Assembly (NCBI GenBank): GCA_050951325.1
Contig: JBMNIW010000006.1
Span: forward strand, 1 to 64,000
Direction: 5' to 3'
Source: Clostridia bacterium
Lineage (GTDB): Bacteria; Bacillota; Clostridia; UBA1212; DUPL01
Length of the DNA: 64,000 nucleotides
The notes under the pieces are model-generated. The model saw only the letters and a program-made list of their open reading frames with translations. It was not told the DNA's origin and made no database searches. Position 1 is the first letter of the stretch, and the number at the start of each line of letters is the position of its first letter. Shown piece by piece: positions 28,431 through 39,474 of this stretch. The translations under genes and the position numbers were made by a program.

Positions 28431-30515
28431 TTATTCAATATCTTTCAAAGCAAGGTTGATTCTTCCCTGCTTGTCTATGTCAATTACTTTGACTTCAACC
28501 TCATCTCCAACATTCAAAACGTCTTCCACTTTCTTTATACGCTTCTTCGACATCTTGGAGATATGGACAAGACCTTCTTTGCCTGGTACGAATTCAACAA
28601 AGGCTCCAAAATTCATAATCCTTGTTACTTTTCCTTCGTACTCCGCACCAATTTCAACTTCTCCCACAATTCCGGATATCATCTTCATTGCCTTTTCCGC
28701 ATTCTCTTTCTCCGGTGTGGCGACATAGATGGTTCCGTCGTCCTGAATGTCAATCTTGACATCGGTTTCCTCAATTATCCTGTTGATAACCTTTCCACCG
28801 GTACCAATGACTTCCCTAATCTTATCAGGATCTATCTTCATTGTAAACATCTTTGGAGCGTACTTTGAAACTTCCTTCCTTGGTTCAGGAATTGCTTTCA
28901 ACAAAACATCGTTAATAATCTGCAATCTGCCTCTTCTTGTGATTTCAAACGCCTGCTTGATTATCTCATAGCTGAGGCCCTGAACCTTGATGTCAACCTG
29001 GATTGCGGTAATACCCTTTTCAGTTCCTGCAACCTTAAAGTCCATATCACCAAAGAAGTCTTCGATACCCTGAATATCTATAAAGGTGACGAAATCGTTT
29101 TCATCTTCCTCATTGACAATCAGGCCTGCGGATATGCCTGCCACCGGTCTTTTAATTGGAACACCGGCATCCATGAGTGCAAGGGTTGAACCGCAAACAC
29201 TACCCTGAGATGTGGAACCATTGGACATCAGCACCTCGGAAACCAGCCTGATAGCATATGGAAACTCCTCTTCTGATGGGATAACTGGTTCCAATGCTCG
29301 TTCAGCCAAAGCTCCATGACCAATTTCTCTTCTTCCAGGACCTCTTGTCGGTCTTGCCTCTCCTACACTGTAGGCAGGGAAGTTATAATGGTGCATGTAT
29401 CTTTTTTCCTCTTCGAGATCAATTCCGTCCAGCATCTGGATGTCGGACATGGGTCCCAATGTTGCCACAGTCAAAACCTGTGTAAGTCCGCGTTTGAACA
29501 GACCGGAACCGTGCGTTCTTGGGAGCACGGCAACTTCAGCTTCCAAAGCTCTAATCTCGTCAAGGGACCTGCCATCAACTCTTTTATGCTCTTTCAGCAG
29601 GTATTCTCGGATTATCTTCTTTTCAAAAGTAGTTACTGCCTCGCTAATAGCCGATGCACTATCGGGGAACCTTTCTGCCAAGGCTTCCTGTGCCCTGTTT
29701 GTTATGTCATCCATTCTTGCATCTCTGACAGTCTTGTCGTCAGTCAGAACGGCCACCTTGATTTCATCATAACAAAGCTCCTTTACAGCTTCCATGATTT
29801 CCTCGGGAATCTGGGCAGACTTGTACTCAAACTTTGGCTTTCCAACTTCTTTAACAATATCCTCTATAAAAGTGCAAATCTTTTTAATAGTGCCATGACC
29901 TTTAATCAATGCCTTAAGCATTACATCATCAGAAACTTCGTTTGCACCTGCTTCAATCATGCAGATTTTATCCTTTGTTCCTGCAAGAGTGACATACATG
30001 TCACTAGCATCACGTTCTTTGGTTTTTGGATTGATAACCACCTCATCATTGACAAGACCAATCGACACCGCTCCTACTGGTCCATTGAAAGGAATGTCCG
30101 AAATGGACAGTGCCACCGATGTTCCAATCATGGCGGTAATTTCAGGTGAATTGTCCTGTTCAACTGAAAGAACAGTATTTACCACAACCACGTCATTTCT
30201 CAAGTCGCTTGGAAACAAAGGCCTTATAGGCCTGTCTATTGCTCTTGCTGTCAAAATTGCCTTTTCTGAAGGTTTTCCCTCTCTCTTAATGAATCCGCCG
30301 GGGATTTTTCCTACCGAGTACAATTTCTCCTCATAGTCCACGCTTAGTGGAAAAAAGTCGATACCTTCCCTCGGTTCCTTCGATGCTGTTACAGTTGACA
30401 ATACAACCGTATCACCATACCTGACAAGACAAGAACCGTTTGCCAATTGTGCCATCTTCCCTGTTTCAACTGTTAGTGGGCGTCCAGCTAATTCCATTGT
30501 AAATGTTCTGTGCAT
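28431..30515 (-). CDS. pnp: Polyribonucleotide nucleotidyltransferase
   Basis: DFFPLSVDYEEK, RREIGHGALAERA, GDMDFKVAGT, KH and S1 domains. Confidence 0.98.
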   Translation of the reverse strand: MHRTFTMELAGRPLTVETGKMAQLANGSCLVRYGDTVVLSTVTASKEPREGIDFFPLSVDYEEKLYSVGKIPGGFIKREGKPSEKAILTARAIDRPIRPLFPSDLRNDVVVVNTVLSVEQDNSPEITAMIGTSVALSISDIPFNGPVGAVSIGLVNDEVVINPKTKERDASDMYVTLAGTKDKICMIEAGANEVSDDVMLKALIKGHGTIKKICTFIEDIVKEVGKPKFEYKSAQIPEEIMEAVKELCYDEIKVAVLTDDKTVRDARMDDITNRAQEALAERFPDSASAISEAVTTFEKKIIREYLLKEHKRVDGRSLDEIRALEAEVAVLPRTHGSGLFKRGLTQVLTVATLGPMSDIQMLDGIDLEEEKRYMHHYNFPAYSVGEARPTRGPGRREIGHGALAERALEPVIPSEEEFPYAIRLVSEVLMSNGSTSQGSVCGSTLALMDAGVPIKRPVAGISAGLIVNEEDENDFVTFIDIQGIEDFFGDMDFKVAGTEKGITAIQVDIKVQGLSYEIIKQAFEITRRGRLQIINDVLLKAIPEPRKEVSKYAPKMFTMKIDPDKIREVIGTGGKVINRIIEETDVKIDIQDDGTIYVATPEKENAEKAMKMISGIVGEVEIGAEYEGKVTRIMNFGAFVEFVPGKEGLVHISKMSKKRIKKVEDVLNVGDEVEVKVIDIDKQGRINLALKDIE

Positions 30516-30530
30516 AAATTCTCCTCCCTT

Positions 30531-30619
30531 TAGCAACAGGACGCGTGCGGTAGCTCGTAGACTCTATGCCTGTGAGTACAGACACACAATCTACTTTCTA
30601 CTGCCTGCGCCCCTTGCTA
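30531..30619 (-). promoter_or_regulatory. Long stem-loop in the pnp leader (candidate RNase III / autoregulatory element)
   Basis: Nested pairings TAGCAA/TTGCTA, GGGCGC/GCGTCC, GTAG/CTAC, GTAGATT/AGTCTAC, TGTCTGT/ACAGGCA. Confidence 0.65.
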
Positions 30620-30671
30620 TCTTGAATTTTTATTATTGTACCCAAATCACAGCGAAAAATAAACAGAAACA

Positions 30672-30693
30672 AAGAGCGGAAAAAACCGCTCTT
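30672..30693 (-). terminator. rpsO terminator
   Basis: AAGAGCGG / CCGCTCTT followed by a U-rich tail on the minus strand. Confidence 0.7.
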
Positions 30694-30705
30694 CAAAACG
30701 AAAGA

Positions 30706-30969
30706 CTACTTTCTAAGTTCAAGTCTTTCAATTAATGAACGATATCTGTTTACATCCACCTTCATCAGATAGTTAAGCAGACCTCTTCTCTGACCAACCA
30801 TCATAAGCAGACCTCTTCTTGAGTGATGGTCTTTCTTATGCTTCTTAAGATGTTCGTTAAGATGGTTGATTCTTTCTGTAAGCAATGCAATCTGAACTTC
30901 TGGAGAACCTGTGTCTCCTTCATGAATTGCGTATTCCTTGATAATTTGTTGTTTTCTTTCCTTTGTCAT
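30706..30969 (-). CDS. rpsO: 30S ribosomal protein S15
   Basis: [36 protein letters not shown]; 87 aa. Confidence 0.98.
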   Translation of the reverse strand: MTKERKQQIIKEYAIHEGDTGSPEVQIALLTERINHLNEHLKKHKKDHHSRRGLLMMVGQRRGLLNYLMKVDVNRYRSLIERLELRK

Positions 30970-30984
30970 GGTTTTCTCCTTTAT

Positions 30985-31050
30985 ATATTTATATTTTGCC
31001 GAAATCCTAGTATACGGTTGGAGCTTCCATAAACCAGGAAACGGTCTAAA
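30985..31050 (-). promoter_or_regulatory. Probable rpsO (S15) leader RNA
   Basis: Position upstream of rpsO; CCTGGT/ACTAGG and CCG/CGG pairings. Confidence 0.45.
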
Positions 31051-31169
31051 CAATTATACCATTAATTATTTTTTATGTAAAGCACAACATCCGACCGAAC
31101 CTCTTACCAAAGTTGGAGCATGAACCTTTTTCAAATGATTTTTAAAAACATTGTCTTCGTATAGCAATC

Positions 31170-31310
31170 ATAGAAAGTAGTTTTGTGCAGCTTTTGTGAT
31201 TTGATAAGCAGCTGTCCGGTATAACCTGGTTTTGCATAAAATTCCTCTGCTGCTTCAGCTGACCCCAACTCAAGCAGATGTACACCAAGCGCTTTCTCTC
31301 GAGCCATTTA
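31170..31310 (-). pseudogene. Possible GNAT acetyltransferase remnant
   Basis: Alternate frame reads EKALGVHLLELGSAEAAEEFYAKPGYTGQLLIKSQK, resembling the GNAT A..FY.KLGY motif; no start codon. Confidence 0.35.
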
Positions 31311-31375
31311 TCACGAGATTGTGCTTTTATGCCAGGCTCATTCTCAACAACGGTGAAAAACTCAGCAATTCTAAT

Positions 31376-31471
31376 CGAACATATTTTTGATGTTTTTGTA
31401 TTTTTCTCGAAATTTTCTATTGACACGCCCTTTCAACTATGCTAACATATGTTCGTACGAACGAATGTGCG
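31376..31471 (+). promoter_or_regulatory. Sigma-A promoter overlapped by LexA (SOS) boxes
   Basis: TTGACA(31420)-17 bp-TAACAT with extended TG; boxes CGAACATATTTTTG (31376), CTAACATATGTTCG (31442), CGAACGAATGTGCG (31458) vs Firmicute GAAC-N4-GTTC. Confidence 0.7.
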
Positions 31472-31491
31472 ATTTCAGGGAGGTTGGTACA

Positions 31492-31851
31492 ATGAGAAGT
31501 TTGATAGCAGAGTGCAGGGATCCAAAAGAAATGGTAAGACTTTTGAGAAAAAGAAGAATTGAAAAGAAAAGGAGAACAATAAGGCTCAAGGTTGTAACCT
31601 TTGTCTTTATTGTTACGTCCCTGATGCTTATTGTCACAGTATATGCAAAGAATATAAAACCCAAACCCCAGATAACGTATAAAACAGTAGTAGTGGAGCA
31701 AGGAGACACTCTCTGGGACTTGGCAAAAGAATATTATCCTGACACTGAAGTAAGAAGAGCGGTAAATGAGTTGAAGAAAATAAATAATTTGAAAGATTCA
31801 ATAATATATGAAGGACAAAGCCTTAAAGTGCCCGACATTGACAACAATTGA
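31492..31851 (+). CDS. LysM single-TM protein, YneA-like SOS cell-division inhibitor
   Basis: Basic N-terminus, TM helix, LysM (VEQGDTLWDLAKEY..IYEGQSLKVP), SOS boxes. Confidence 0.8.
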   Translation: MRSLIAECRDPKEMVRLLRKRRIEKKRRTIRLKVVTFVFIVTSLMLIVTVYAKNIKPKPQITYKTVVVEQGDTLWDLAKEYYPDTEVRRAVNELKKINNLKDSIIYEGQSLKVPDIDNN

Positions 31852-31866
31852 TATAAATATTATCAT
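31838..31866 (+). promoter_or_regulatory. Internal sigma-A promoter for the DUF6935-sbcDC genes
   Basis: TTGACA-17 bp-TATCAT. Confidence 0.5.
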
Positions 31867-31898
31867 TGTTGGTGATAAATATTTGAGGGTGTTGGGAC

Positions 31899-32396
31899 AT
31901 GTACTTTAAAACAGAGGAAATCAGAATAGATAATCTGCCTTATGATATGGAAGAATTCAAGAAAACAGCTGTAGAAAAAATGGTTGATCCCATTAATACA
32001 GCTGTTCTATTTATATTTGCCCTGAATATCTATGCAGAAAACATGGACAAGGGAAAAGAATTTCTTTCCTTCCTTATACACGACTTTGAGAATGCCATAA
32101 GTCTTAGCAATATTGCAAGAAACAAAAACATAGCAAAATCATATCTGAAAGGTGCCGAACCTTCCAATAGATATACTCCCAGCCAGCCTCTTACTGTTGT
32201 GGTAAAATACGATGAGGAAAGGGGCAGAAAAAAACATCTAAAAACTGTATACATTGGCTGTGGTGGTGTTGATAGTTACAGACCCCTTACACTAGTTAGA
32301 GTAAAAAGAAGAAAACTCCCCTTCAAACACAAGCACGACCTGTGGTTCGTATATGAATACCCCTCCATAATATTGGATGTAAAGGAGACGGAATAA
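31899..32396 (+). CDS. Hypothetical protein (DUF6935-like)
   Basis: TAVLFIFAL, SYLKGAEPSNRYTP, GGVDSYRPLTL; translationally coupled to sbcD. Confidence 0.6.
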   Translation: MYFKTEEIRIDNLPYDMEEFKKTAVEKMVDPINTAVLFIFALNIYAENMDKGKEFLSFLIHDFENAISLSNIARNKNIAKSYLKGAEPSNRYTPSQPLTVVVKYDEERGRKKHLKTVYIGCGGVDSYRPLTLVRVKRRKLPFKHKHDLWFVYEYPSIILDVKETE

Positions 32397-33565
32397 TGAG
32401 ATTTATCCACCTTGCCGACTTGCACATTGGCAAAAGAATAAATGAATTCAGCCTGCTCGAAGACCAGACATACATACTTGACAAAATAGTTGAAATAACC
32501 GAAAAGGAAACTGCGGATGCTGTCATAATAGCAGGCGATTTGTACGACAAAAGCGTCCCTCCAGGGGAAGCAGTACCTGTACTTGATGATTTTCTTACCC
32601 GTCTTTCCGAAATGGACAAGACTGTTTTCATTATCTCCGGAAATCACGACTCAAGTGAAAGACTTTCTTTTGGAAGCAGACTCCTTAAAAAAAGCAATAT
32701 TCACATAATCAGTACGTTTGAAGGTAGCTTATCCAAAACTGTCCTGAAGGACGATTACGGCAATATTAATATTTTTGCCCTTCCCTTCGTTCGTCCTGCA
32801 AGAGTACAGAAATATTTCCCGGACAAGACAATATCAAGCTACGAAGATGCAATAGTTGAGATAATAAATGATGCAAAAGACAAACGCATTCTTGTGCCAA
32901 ATGAAAGAAATATTCTCATTTGTCATCAGTTTGTTACGGGTACTTCAAGCCCCATACTTTCTGATTCAGAATCAACCATAGTCGGTACGCTAGAAAACAT
33001 TAGCTATGAAATATTTGATGATTTTGATTACGTAGCCCTAGGGCATCTGCATTGTCCGCAGTCCGTTGGCAGGGATACCATTCGTTACGCAGGTTCGCCT
33101 CTTAAATACTCCTTCTCGGAAGTGAACCATAAAAAGAGTGTAACAATAGTTGACATCGACAAAAGCATGGTAACTTTAAAAGTAAGTCCACTCAATCCTA
33201 CAAGGGATATGAGAAAGATAAAAGGGAAGCTTGAAAATCTAATTTCTCCTGAGGTTTGTGAGGAAGTTTGCAACGACTTCATCCATGCCACCTTGACGGA
33301 TGAAAATGATATTTACGAACCCCTTGCCACTTTACGTGCATACTACCCCTACATACTCCATATGGAGCATATAAAAGAATCAGAGTTTTCAAATGAAAAC
33401 AATAACATATCTGTCTATGACAGGATAAACAAAAATCCTGTTGAGCTTTTCAAGGAATTTTATGAGGAAATCAAACAGGAAGAGTTTGATGTGCAAAAAC
33501 AAAAACTGCTTGAAAAATTGCTGAAAGAAGAAGGATTAGAGGAGTTTTGCCATGATACCCATTAA
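32396..33565 (+). CDS. sbcD: Nuclease SbcCD subunit D
   Basis: DLHIG, AGDLYD, GNHD, ALGHLH, YAGSPLKYSFSE. Confidence 0.95.
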   Translation: MRFIHLADLHIGKRINEFSLLEDQTYILDKIVEITEKETADAVIIAGDLYDKSVPPGEAVPVLDDFLTRLSEMDKTVFIISGNHDSSERLSFGSRLLKKSNIHIISTFEGSLSKTVLKDDYGNINIFALPFVRPARVQKYFPDKTISSYEDAIVEIINDAKDKRILVPNERNILICHQFVTGTSSPILSDSESTIVGTLENISYEIFDDFDYVALGHLHCPQSVGRDTIRYAGSPLKYSFSEVNHKKSVTIVDIDKSMVTLKVSPLNPTRDMRKIKGKLENLISPEVCEEVCNDFIHATLTDENDIYEPLATLRAYYPYILHMEHIKESEFSNENNNISVYDRINKNPVELFKEFYEEIKQEEFDVQKQKLLEKLLKEEGLEEFCHDTH

Positions 33566-36500
33566 GCTTAAAATATGTGGTTTTGGTCCATACAAGGACG
33601 AAACCGTTTTGGAACTTGACAAACTTGGCCGAAGCGGCCTTTTTCTAATAACTGGTGATACAGGCAGCGGCAAAACAACAATTTTTGATGCCATTGCCTT
33701 TGCCCTTTATGGCGTTGCCAGCGGTAAAAACAGAAACGATACTTCAGGGTTAAGGAGCGATTTTGCCACCAGCACCACCCAAACCTACGTGGAGTTTACG
33801 TTTCTGTACAAAGGAAAGGAATATGTGGTACGAAGAAATCCACGTTACATAAGAGCAAAGAAAGTGGGCAGTGGAACCACTGAGGAAAACGCATATGCCA
33901 CCCTGGAACTGGATAACAAAGTCATCGTCGATGGGGACAGAAATGTAACAAATTATATCAGGGAGCTTTTTGCTCTTGATTGGAACCATTTCAGACAAGT
34001 AGCAATAATTCCCCAAGGCGAGTTCATGGATTTCCTGCTGGCATCCAGTGGTGAGAAAGAAGAGCTTTTCAGAAAAATTTTCGACACATCCCTGTACAGC
34101 AGAATACAGGATATCCTGAAAAAGAAAAGCCAGGATTATCTTAAGATAACGGAGGAGTATAAAAACAGTCTTGTCCAGTATGTTAACGGAATAAAGATTC
34201 CCAAAGAAAGCAACCTTTACAATGAATTCTCCGAATACAAGGACAACAATGCGGTGGTTTTGATTAATGAAATCATGGATTTGGTTGCAAGGCAAAACAA
34301 GGAGGATTTATATAAAGTTAATGAAAATCGAAAGCAATTTAAAGAAATTGATGACACCTTGACTTTGAAAAAGGTTGAATACAGTGAAGCGGAAAAACTC
34401 ATAAAATACTTTAATGATTTGAAAGAATATGAAAAGGAATACAATATCCTTCTTGAAAAAGACGAGTACATAAACAGGCAAATTGATAATATTTCACGAA
34501 TTGAAAAGTCAGTCAATCTGATTCTTCCTCTTGATAAAAAAATGCAGGAAGATTATGCGGACTTTATTAAAATTGAGTTTGCCGTAAAAAAGCACAGGGA
34601 AAATATAAATGACCTTGTAGTAAAGCTGGAAAAGGCAGAGAAAGACCTGACCAAGGAGCAGGAGAACGAACCCTATCGCAGACATCTAAACGCCAGAATA
34701 GAAGGCATTAAATCCAAACTGCCCGAGTACGAGAAATTAGGCCAATTAAAGGACAAAATGTCCTCACTACAAAAACAGACGGACGATGCACAAAAGAAAT
34801 TGAACAAGGTAAAAGGAGAGGCAGACAAGCTTTCTCAGAAGGAAAAGGATTTGTCATATCATCTTGCTACCTTAAAGGATGCAGAATCCAACTACTACAA
34901 CTTTAAATATGCTTTGGATAATGCAAGGAAACAAGAAGAAGAAATCAAACAACACATTGCGACCATAAAAGAAATAACTGATGTTCAAACGAAATACAGT
35001 CAGCTTGAAAAGCAGTACAAGAAACATGAAAAAGAATACTTGCATGCAGACAATATATATGCCGTAAAACTCTCTGAATTCCTAAGAAACCAGGCAGGCA
35101 TACTGGCAAGAAATCTTGAAGAAAACACTCCCTGTCCCGTATGCGGCTCTTTGGAGCACCCAAATCCTGCTTCCTATCAGGATACTGCCACCACCAAGGA
35201 AGAGTTGGAACTTTTGAAAAACGACAAAGAGACCAAGGAAAAAAGACTGAATAAAATATCCATAGAGCTTTCTCAGTGGAAAGAAAGACTAAGGCTTCTT
35301 GTGGATATTGCAGCAAATATGGACAAGGACTTTGCTATTGATAGTATTCCATATGCCTTGGACAAGCTTGAGAACAAGCTTAAAGCTTTGAATATTGGTT
35401 TGCTCGAAGAAAGGTTTTTCAAAGAAGAAAAAAGGCTTGAAGAATACAAAAAAATGCAGGTGGAGCTTGAAAAAACAAAGGAGGATTTATCAAACAAGAA
35501 ACAGGAGCATGATGCATTTTTCGATATGTTCAACAATTTGAACAGTGACAGGATCAAAGCAGAGGCGGAATACAACTCTTTAAGAACCTCCTTTGAGTAC
35601 AAAGACAAAACAGAAGCGGAAAATGCCATAAGAACCCTTTCGGAAGAGTATGACAAATCAATGGAAAAACTTGATTTGTGTATTCAAAAGGTCAACTTAC
35701 TCAAAACAGAACTGGAAAAAGAAAGGGTGCTCCTTTCAAAAAATGAATCGGATCTGGCTTCAACCAGGGAAAGGTTTGAGAATTCGAAAAAGGAATTCCA
35801 CGATTCACTTGTTGTCCACAATATTAGTGAGGAAATGTATAAGGAGTTGGTTGAATGCAAGGATCAGCTTGAATCCATGAAAGAAGAGGTTGAAACCCAC
35901 AAGGAGAAAAAGTTGAATGCAAAGAACAAGATAAATATGTTAAAACAAACCCTTGAAGGAAAAACCATGCCTGATTTGCAAGGGCATACAAGAAAGCATT
36001 AAAGAGCTGGAAGAAAAGAAAGAAAAAATCCAAAACGAATACGAAACTTTAGTATCCAGGTATTCGGCAAACAAGGATAGTTTGGAGAATATTAGCAAGA
36101 CAAATGTACAGCTTGTACAGGCAAGACAGAACTACGTTGCAGTTGAAGAACTATCTTCCGTTGCCAATGGAAACTGCAAAGGAGTAAGAAAGATTACTTT
36201 TGAAAGGTATGTCCAGGCGATATACTTTGAGGAAGTTATAAAAAGTGCAAACAAGAGGCTGTACGCCATGACGGAAAGATACCAGCTGTCAAGGAAAGAA
36301 GAAACCGATATGCGTCAAGGTGCAGGTTTGGATCTTGAAGTTGTCGACGGTTACACAGGAAAAAGTAGAAGTGTTAAGTCCCTTTCCGGTGGAGAAACCT
36401 TCATTGCCTCATTGGCTCTGGCACTTGGTCTTTCCGACATAATACAAAGAAACTCAGGAGGCATACACATTGACACCTTGTTTGTAGATGAAGGTTTTGG

Positions 36501-36669
36501 GTCACTGGACTCTGAATGCCTCGAACTGGCACTTAAGACATTGGGGGCCTTGTCTCTAAACAACCGCCTAATAGGTATCATTTCCCATGTGCCCGAACTT
36601 AGAGAGCGAATTGACAGAAAAATTGTAGTCTCAAAAACAAGACTTGGAAGTACAGCTCATATCGTATAA
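33552..36669 (+). CDS. sbcC: SbcC ATPase, split by a +1 frameshift at ~35982-35984
   Basis: Walker A GDTGSGKT, CPVCGS zinc hook, coiled coils; second ORF carries LSGGE and FVDEGFGSLD. Removing one G joins MPDLQ-GIQES. Confidence 0.9.
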
Positions 36670-36673
36670 ATAG

Positions 36674-36701
36674 AAAACACCGGGATTGAACCCGGTGTTT
36701 T
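36674..36701. terminator. Bidirectional terminator
   Basis: AAAACACCGGG / CCCGGTGTTTT. Confidence 0.8.
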
Positions 36702-36727
36702 TCTATTCGTTAACTAATACTAGTTTT

Positions 36728-38092
36728 TTATGGCCTTGCTTCATTTTCAAAGAGTTCCTGCCATTTCTCATTTGCCATCTGCTCTATTTCTTTCAGGCTG
36801 TCATAGTAACTTTGCGAACCGTTGAAATGCCTTACAAACACATTCAGCATTCTTTGAGTTATAATATTTGCAACGGCATTAGGAACTCGACAGTGGAACT
36901 TTCCTACAGTATCGGCTTCAGGGAAGCTGACGAAAGCATCATAGTTAACCTCGTCCGGATCATATGGCTGTCGCCAGAAACCCTCATGGGCCAGGTTCTT
37001 TGTTAGAGGTACCGAACCACCAGTTTGTCCATTGTATGCCCTCTGTCCTTCGTCTGTAAAGAGGAACAATGCAAACGCTGCAGCGGTATCAGGTCTCTTC
37101 GTTCTGTTGTATACAGCAAATCCTGTAGCACCTGTTCCAACTCTGTGGGTTGGGAATCTTGGCCAGTTGGCTATGTTCCAATCCAATCCCTTAACCTCGT
37201 ATTTCAAACCTGTATTATGAAGTCCTGGGAACACGCCAGCCTGGAATACAACATCTTCATTCATAACCTTGTATCTGGACGAAATCGCAACAGATGACGA
37301 TGAACCTTCGGGCTTCAACAGGAATTCTTCCATAGCTTTGATTTGCTCGCTAAATCCTTCGAGAACCTTTTCGTCAGTTACAAAGCTTACTCTCTTGTTT
37401 ACCTGGTCATACCACTTTCCGCCCCAACCTTCGAGGAATGGAATCAAATGTGGTCCATATGAAACATCCCATCCGGCACCAACTCTTGTTATAGTATTGT
37501 CATCTTCCTCACGAGCCAGTTGTCTGCAGTACTCTTTAAATTGATCCCATGTCCAGTCTTCAGGGGGAGTATCCAAGCCCACCTCTTGCAACGCAGTCGC
37601 ATTGTAGAACAACACTATATGTGTATGGTCTCTTGCAGCCATATAAAGCTGACCATCCGCAACGCCCAAATCGTAAATTCCCGAGTATACATTGCTGATA
37701 TCAATGTCAAGAACCTCAAGATAAGCGCTTAGCGGCATCAACACCTTGTTTTCTACTGCATACCTGTAGATTTCATCTTCCCAACAGAAGAAGACGTCTC
37801 CAATATCTCCGGATGCGATACGTGCATCTCTATTGTCACCAGTTGAAAAATCCAGGTTCACAGTAGCATCCTTGTATCTATCCTGAAACGCTTGTGCAAA
37901 ATATGAAAGAGACAGCTTGCTTTCATCATCTGCTGCAAGGAAATATGTAACGCTAATGTGACCTGCTACGTTCGCTTTATATCCCGGGGGCAAGTCGCCA
38001 GACTGTACTTCGCCTCGACTACAACCACTTAATACAATAAAGAGAAGTACCAGAAAAACGGCTGTAAAAGTTTTCAAATACCTGACCATCAT
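36728..38092 (-). CDS. ABC transporter sugar-binding lipoprotein (no permease adjacent)
   Basis: Lipobox LSGC, LFYNATALQEVGLDTPPEDWTWDQF pattern of SBP family 1. Confidence 0.85.
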   Translation of the reverse strand: MMVRYLKTFTAVFLVLLFIVLSGCSRGEVQSGDLPPGYKANVAGHISVTYFLAADDESKLSLSYFAQAFQDRYKDATVNLDFSTGDNRDARIASGDIGDVFFCWEDEIYRYAVENKVLMPLSAYLEVLDIDISNVYSGIYDLGVADGQLYMAARDHTHIVLFYNATALQEVGLDTPPEDWTWDQFKEYCRQLAREEDDNTITRVGAGWDVSYGPHLIPFLEGWGGKWYDQVNKRVSFVTDEKVLEGFSEQIKAMEEFLLKPEGSSSSVAISSRYKVMNEDVVFQAGVFPGLHNTGLKYEVKGLDWNIANWPRFPTHRVGTGATGFAVYNRTKRPDTAAAFALFLFTDEGQRAYNGQTGGSVPLTKNLAHEGFWRQPYDPDEVNYDAFVSFPEADTVGKFHCRVPNAVANIITQRMLNVFVRHFNGSQSYYDSLKEIEQMANEKWQELFENEARP

Positions 38093-38257
38093 AAACCTCC
38101 TGTTTCTTAATTAACTTAATTAGATGATAACACATTATTTAGAAAACATCTACACTTTCCTAATATTTATGTAGATATTTTTTTGGCACATTTTATTTAT
38201 TTGCCTGCACGCCCAAACATGTTATAATTATATTAACTTTTCTATGGAGGTACTTTC

Positions 38258-39437
38258 ATGAGTGAGAAAACATCAAAATTGAAAAACAGAATAAAATTTC
38301 GTACTCCCAGTACTAAATCACTTCTATACATCTTCCTGTTTTTTCTTGTTTGCAGTGCAATATCTGTAGCACTGTTCAAGATCTCTGAAAAGAACCCTCA
38401 TGTAGTGGAAGAATACTACAACTCAATTGTTTTCAAAGCAATCACGCTGCCTTCAAAAATGTTTGTCTCCATTTTCCCGTTTTCAGTATCCGAGATTGCT
38501 CTGGTTACGGTAATTCTATTTGTAATTACATATTTTATCCGTACAGTCGTGCTTACAGTAAAAAGAATGCGTAAAAAACAAGGTAAAATATACATACCAG
38601 CAGTACGCTACATACTTTCAATTGGAATATTAATTACAGGTATCATAACCATGTTTGTTGTAAACGGAGGTCTCAATTACAACGGAATTACCTTCGCAGA
38701 CAGGTCAGGCCTTGTCCTTACTGAAACATCTACAGAGGAGCTGGAAGAACTCTGCATGTTTCTTGGTGAAGAAGCGGCAAAGGCCAGAAAAAACCTGCCC
38801 GAGAATGATAAAGGGGTTATCTCCCCTGATGTATCGGTATTCGAACTTGCCAAAAAGGCAAAGGACGGCTACAAGGCCATTGAAGATACATATCCTTATC
38901 TGAAAGGATTTTATCCAAAAGCAAAACCTGCAATATTCTCGCATTTTATGTGCTACACTGAAATAACGGGAATATATCCTTACATAATACCGGAACCCAA
39001 CATAAACTACAAAACCCCAATTATGAGTCTGCCTTCAACAATAAATCACGAAATGGCGCACCAGAGAGGAATATCGCGTGAAGACGAGGCAAATTTCATA
39101 GCGTATCTTGCCAGTATAAACAATCCGGATCCCTTGTTCCAATATTCTGGATATTACCTTGCCCTAAATTACTCTCTTAATGCTCTATCCAAACACAATG
39201 GAGACGCCTCAAGGAGAGTTTACGAGGCACTTGACAAAGGAATTTTAAGAGACATGCAGGCAGCCAGGGAATTCTGGAAACAGTTTGAAACCCCCAAAAA
39301 CATAGTAGCCACGGTATCTGAAAATGTTAACAACAAATATCTAGAAACAGTAAATGTAGAAGATGGAGTACACAGCTACGGCAGAATGGTAGACTCTGCT
39401 GCTTGCGTACAGAAGAGCAGAAAAGGAAGCCGACTGA
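38258..39437 (+). CDS. DUF3810-family membrane zinc-metallopeptidase-like protein; apparent +1 frameshift at ~39395
   Basis: FPFSVSE, HEMAHQRG..EDEANF; removing one T gives the expected SYGRMVDLLLAY ending, stop at 39437. Confidence 0.8.
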
Positions 39438-39474
39438 GCAGCTTCCTTTTTTATCGCCAATTCATATCCAAAAT

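Noticed and set aside
31142-31426. 94-aa minus-strand ORF as lexA or a real gene
   Set aside because: No LexA motifs, overlaps the promoter; a different frame better fits a GNAT relic.
35953-36002. Programmed frameshift or natural split of sbcC
   Set aside because: No slippery heptamer or stimulatory structure seen; two similar single-base insertions elsewhere point to sequencing error.
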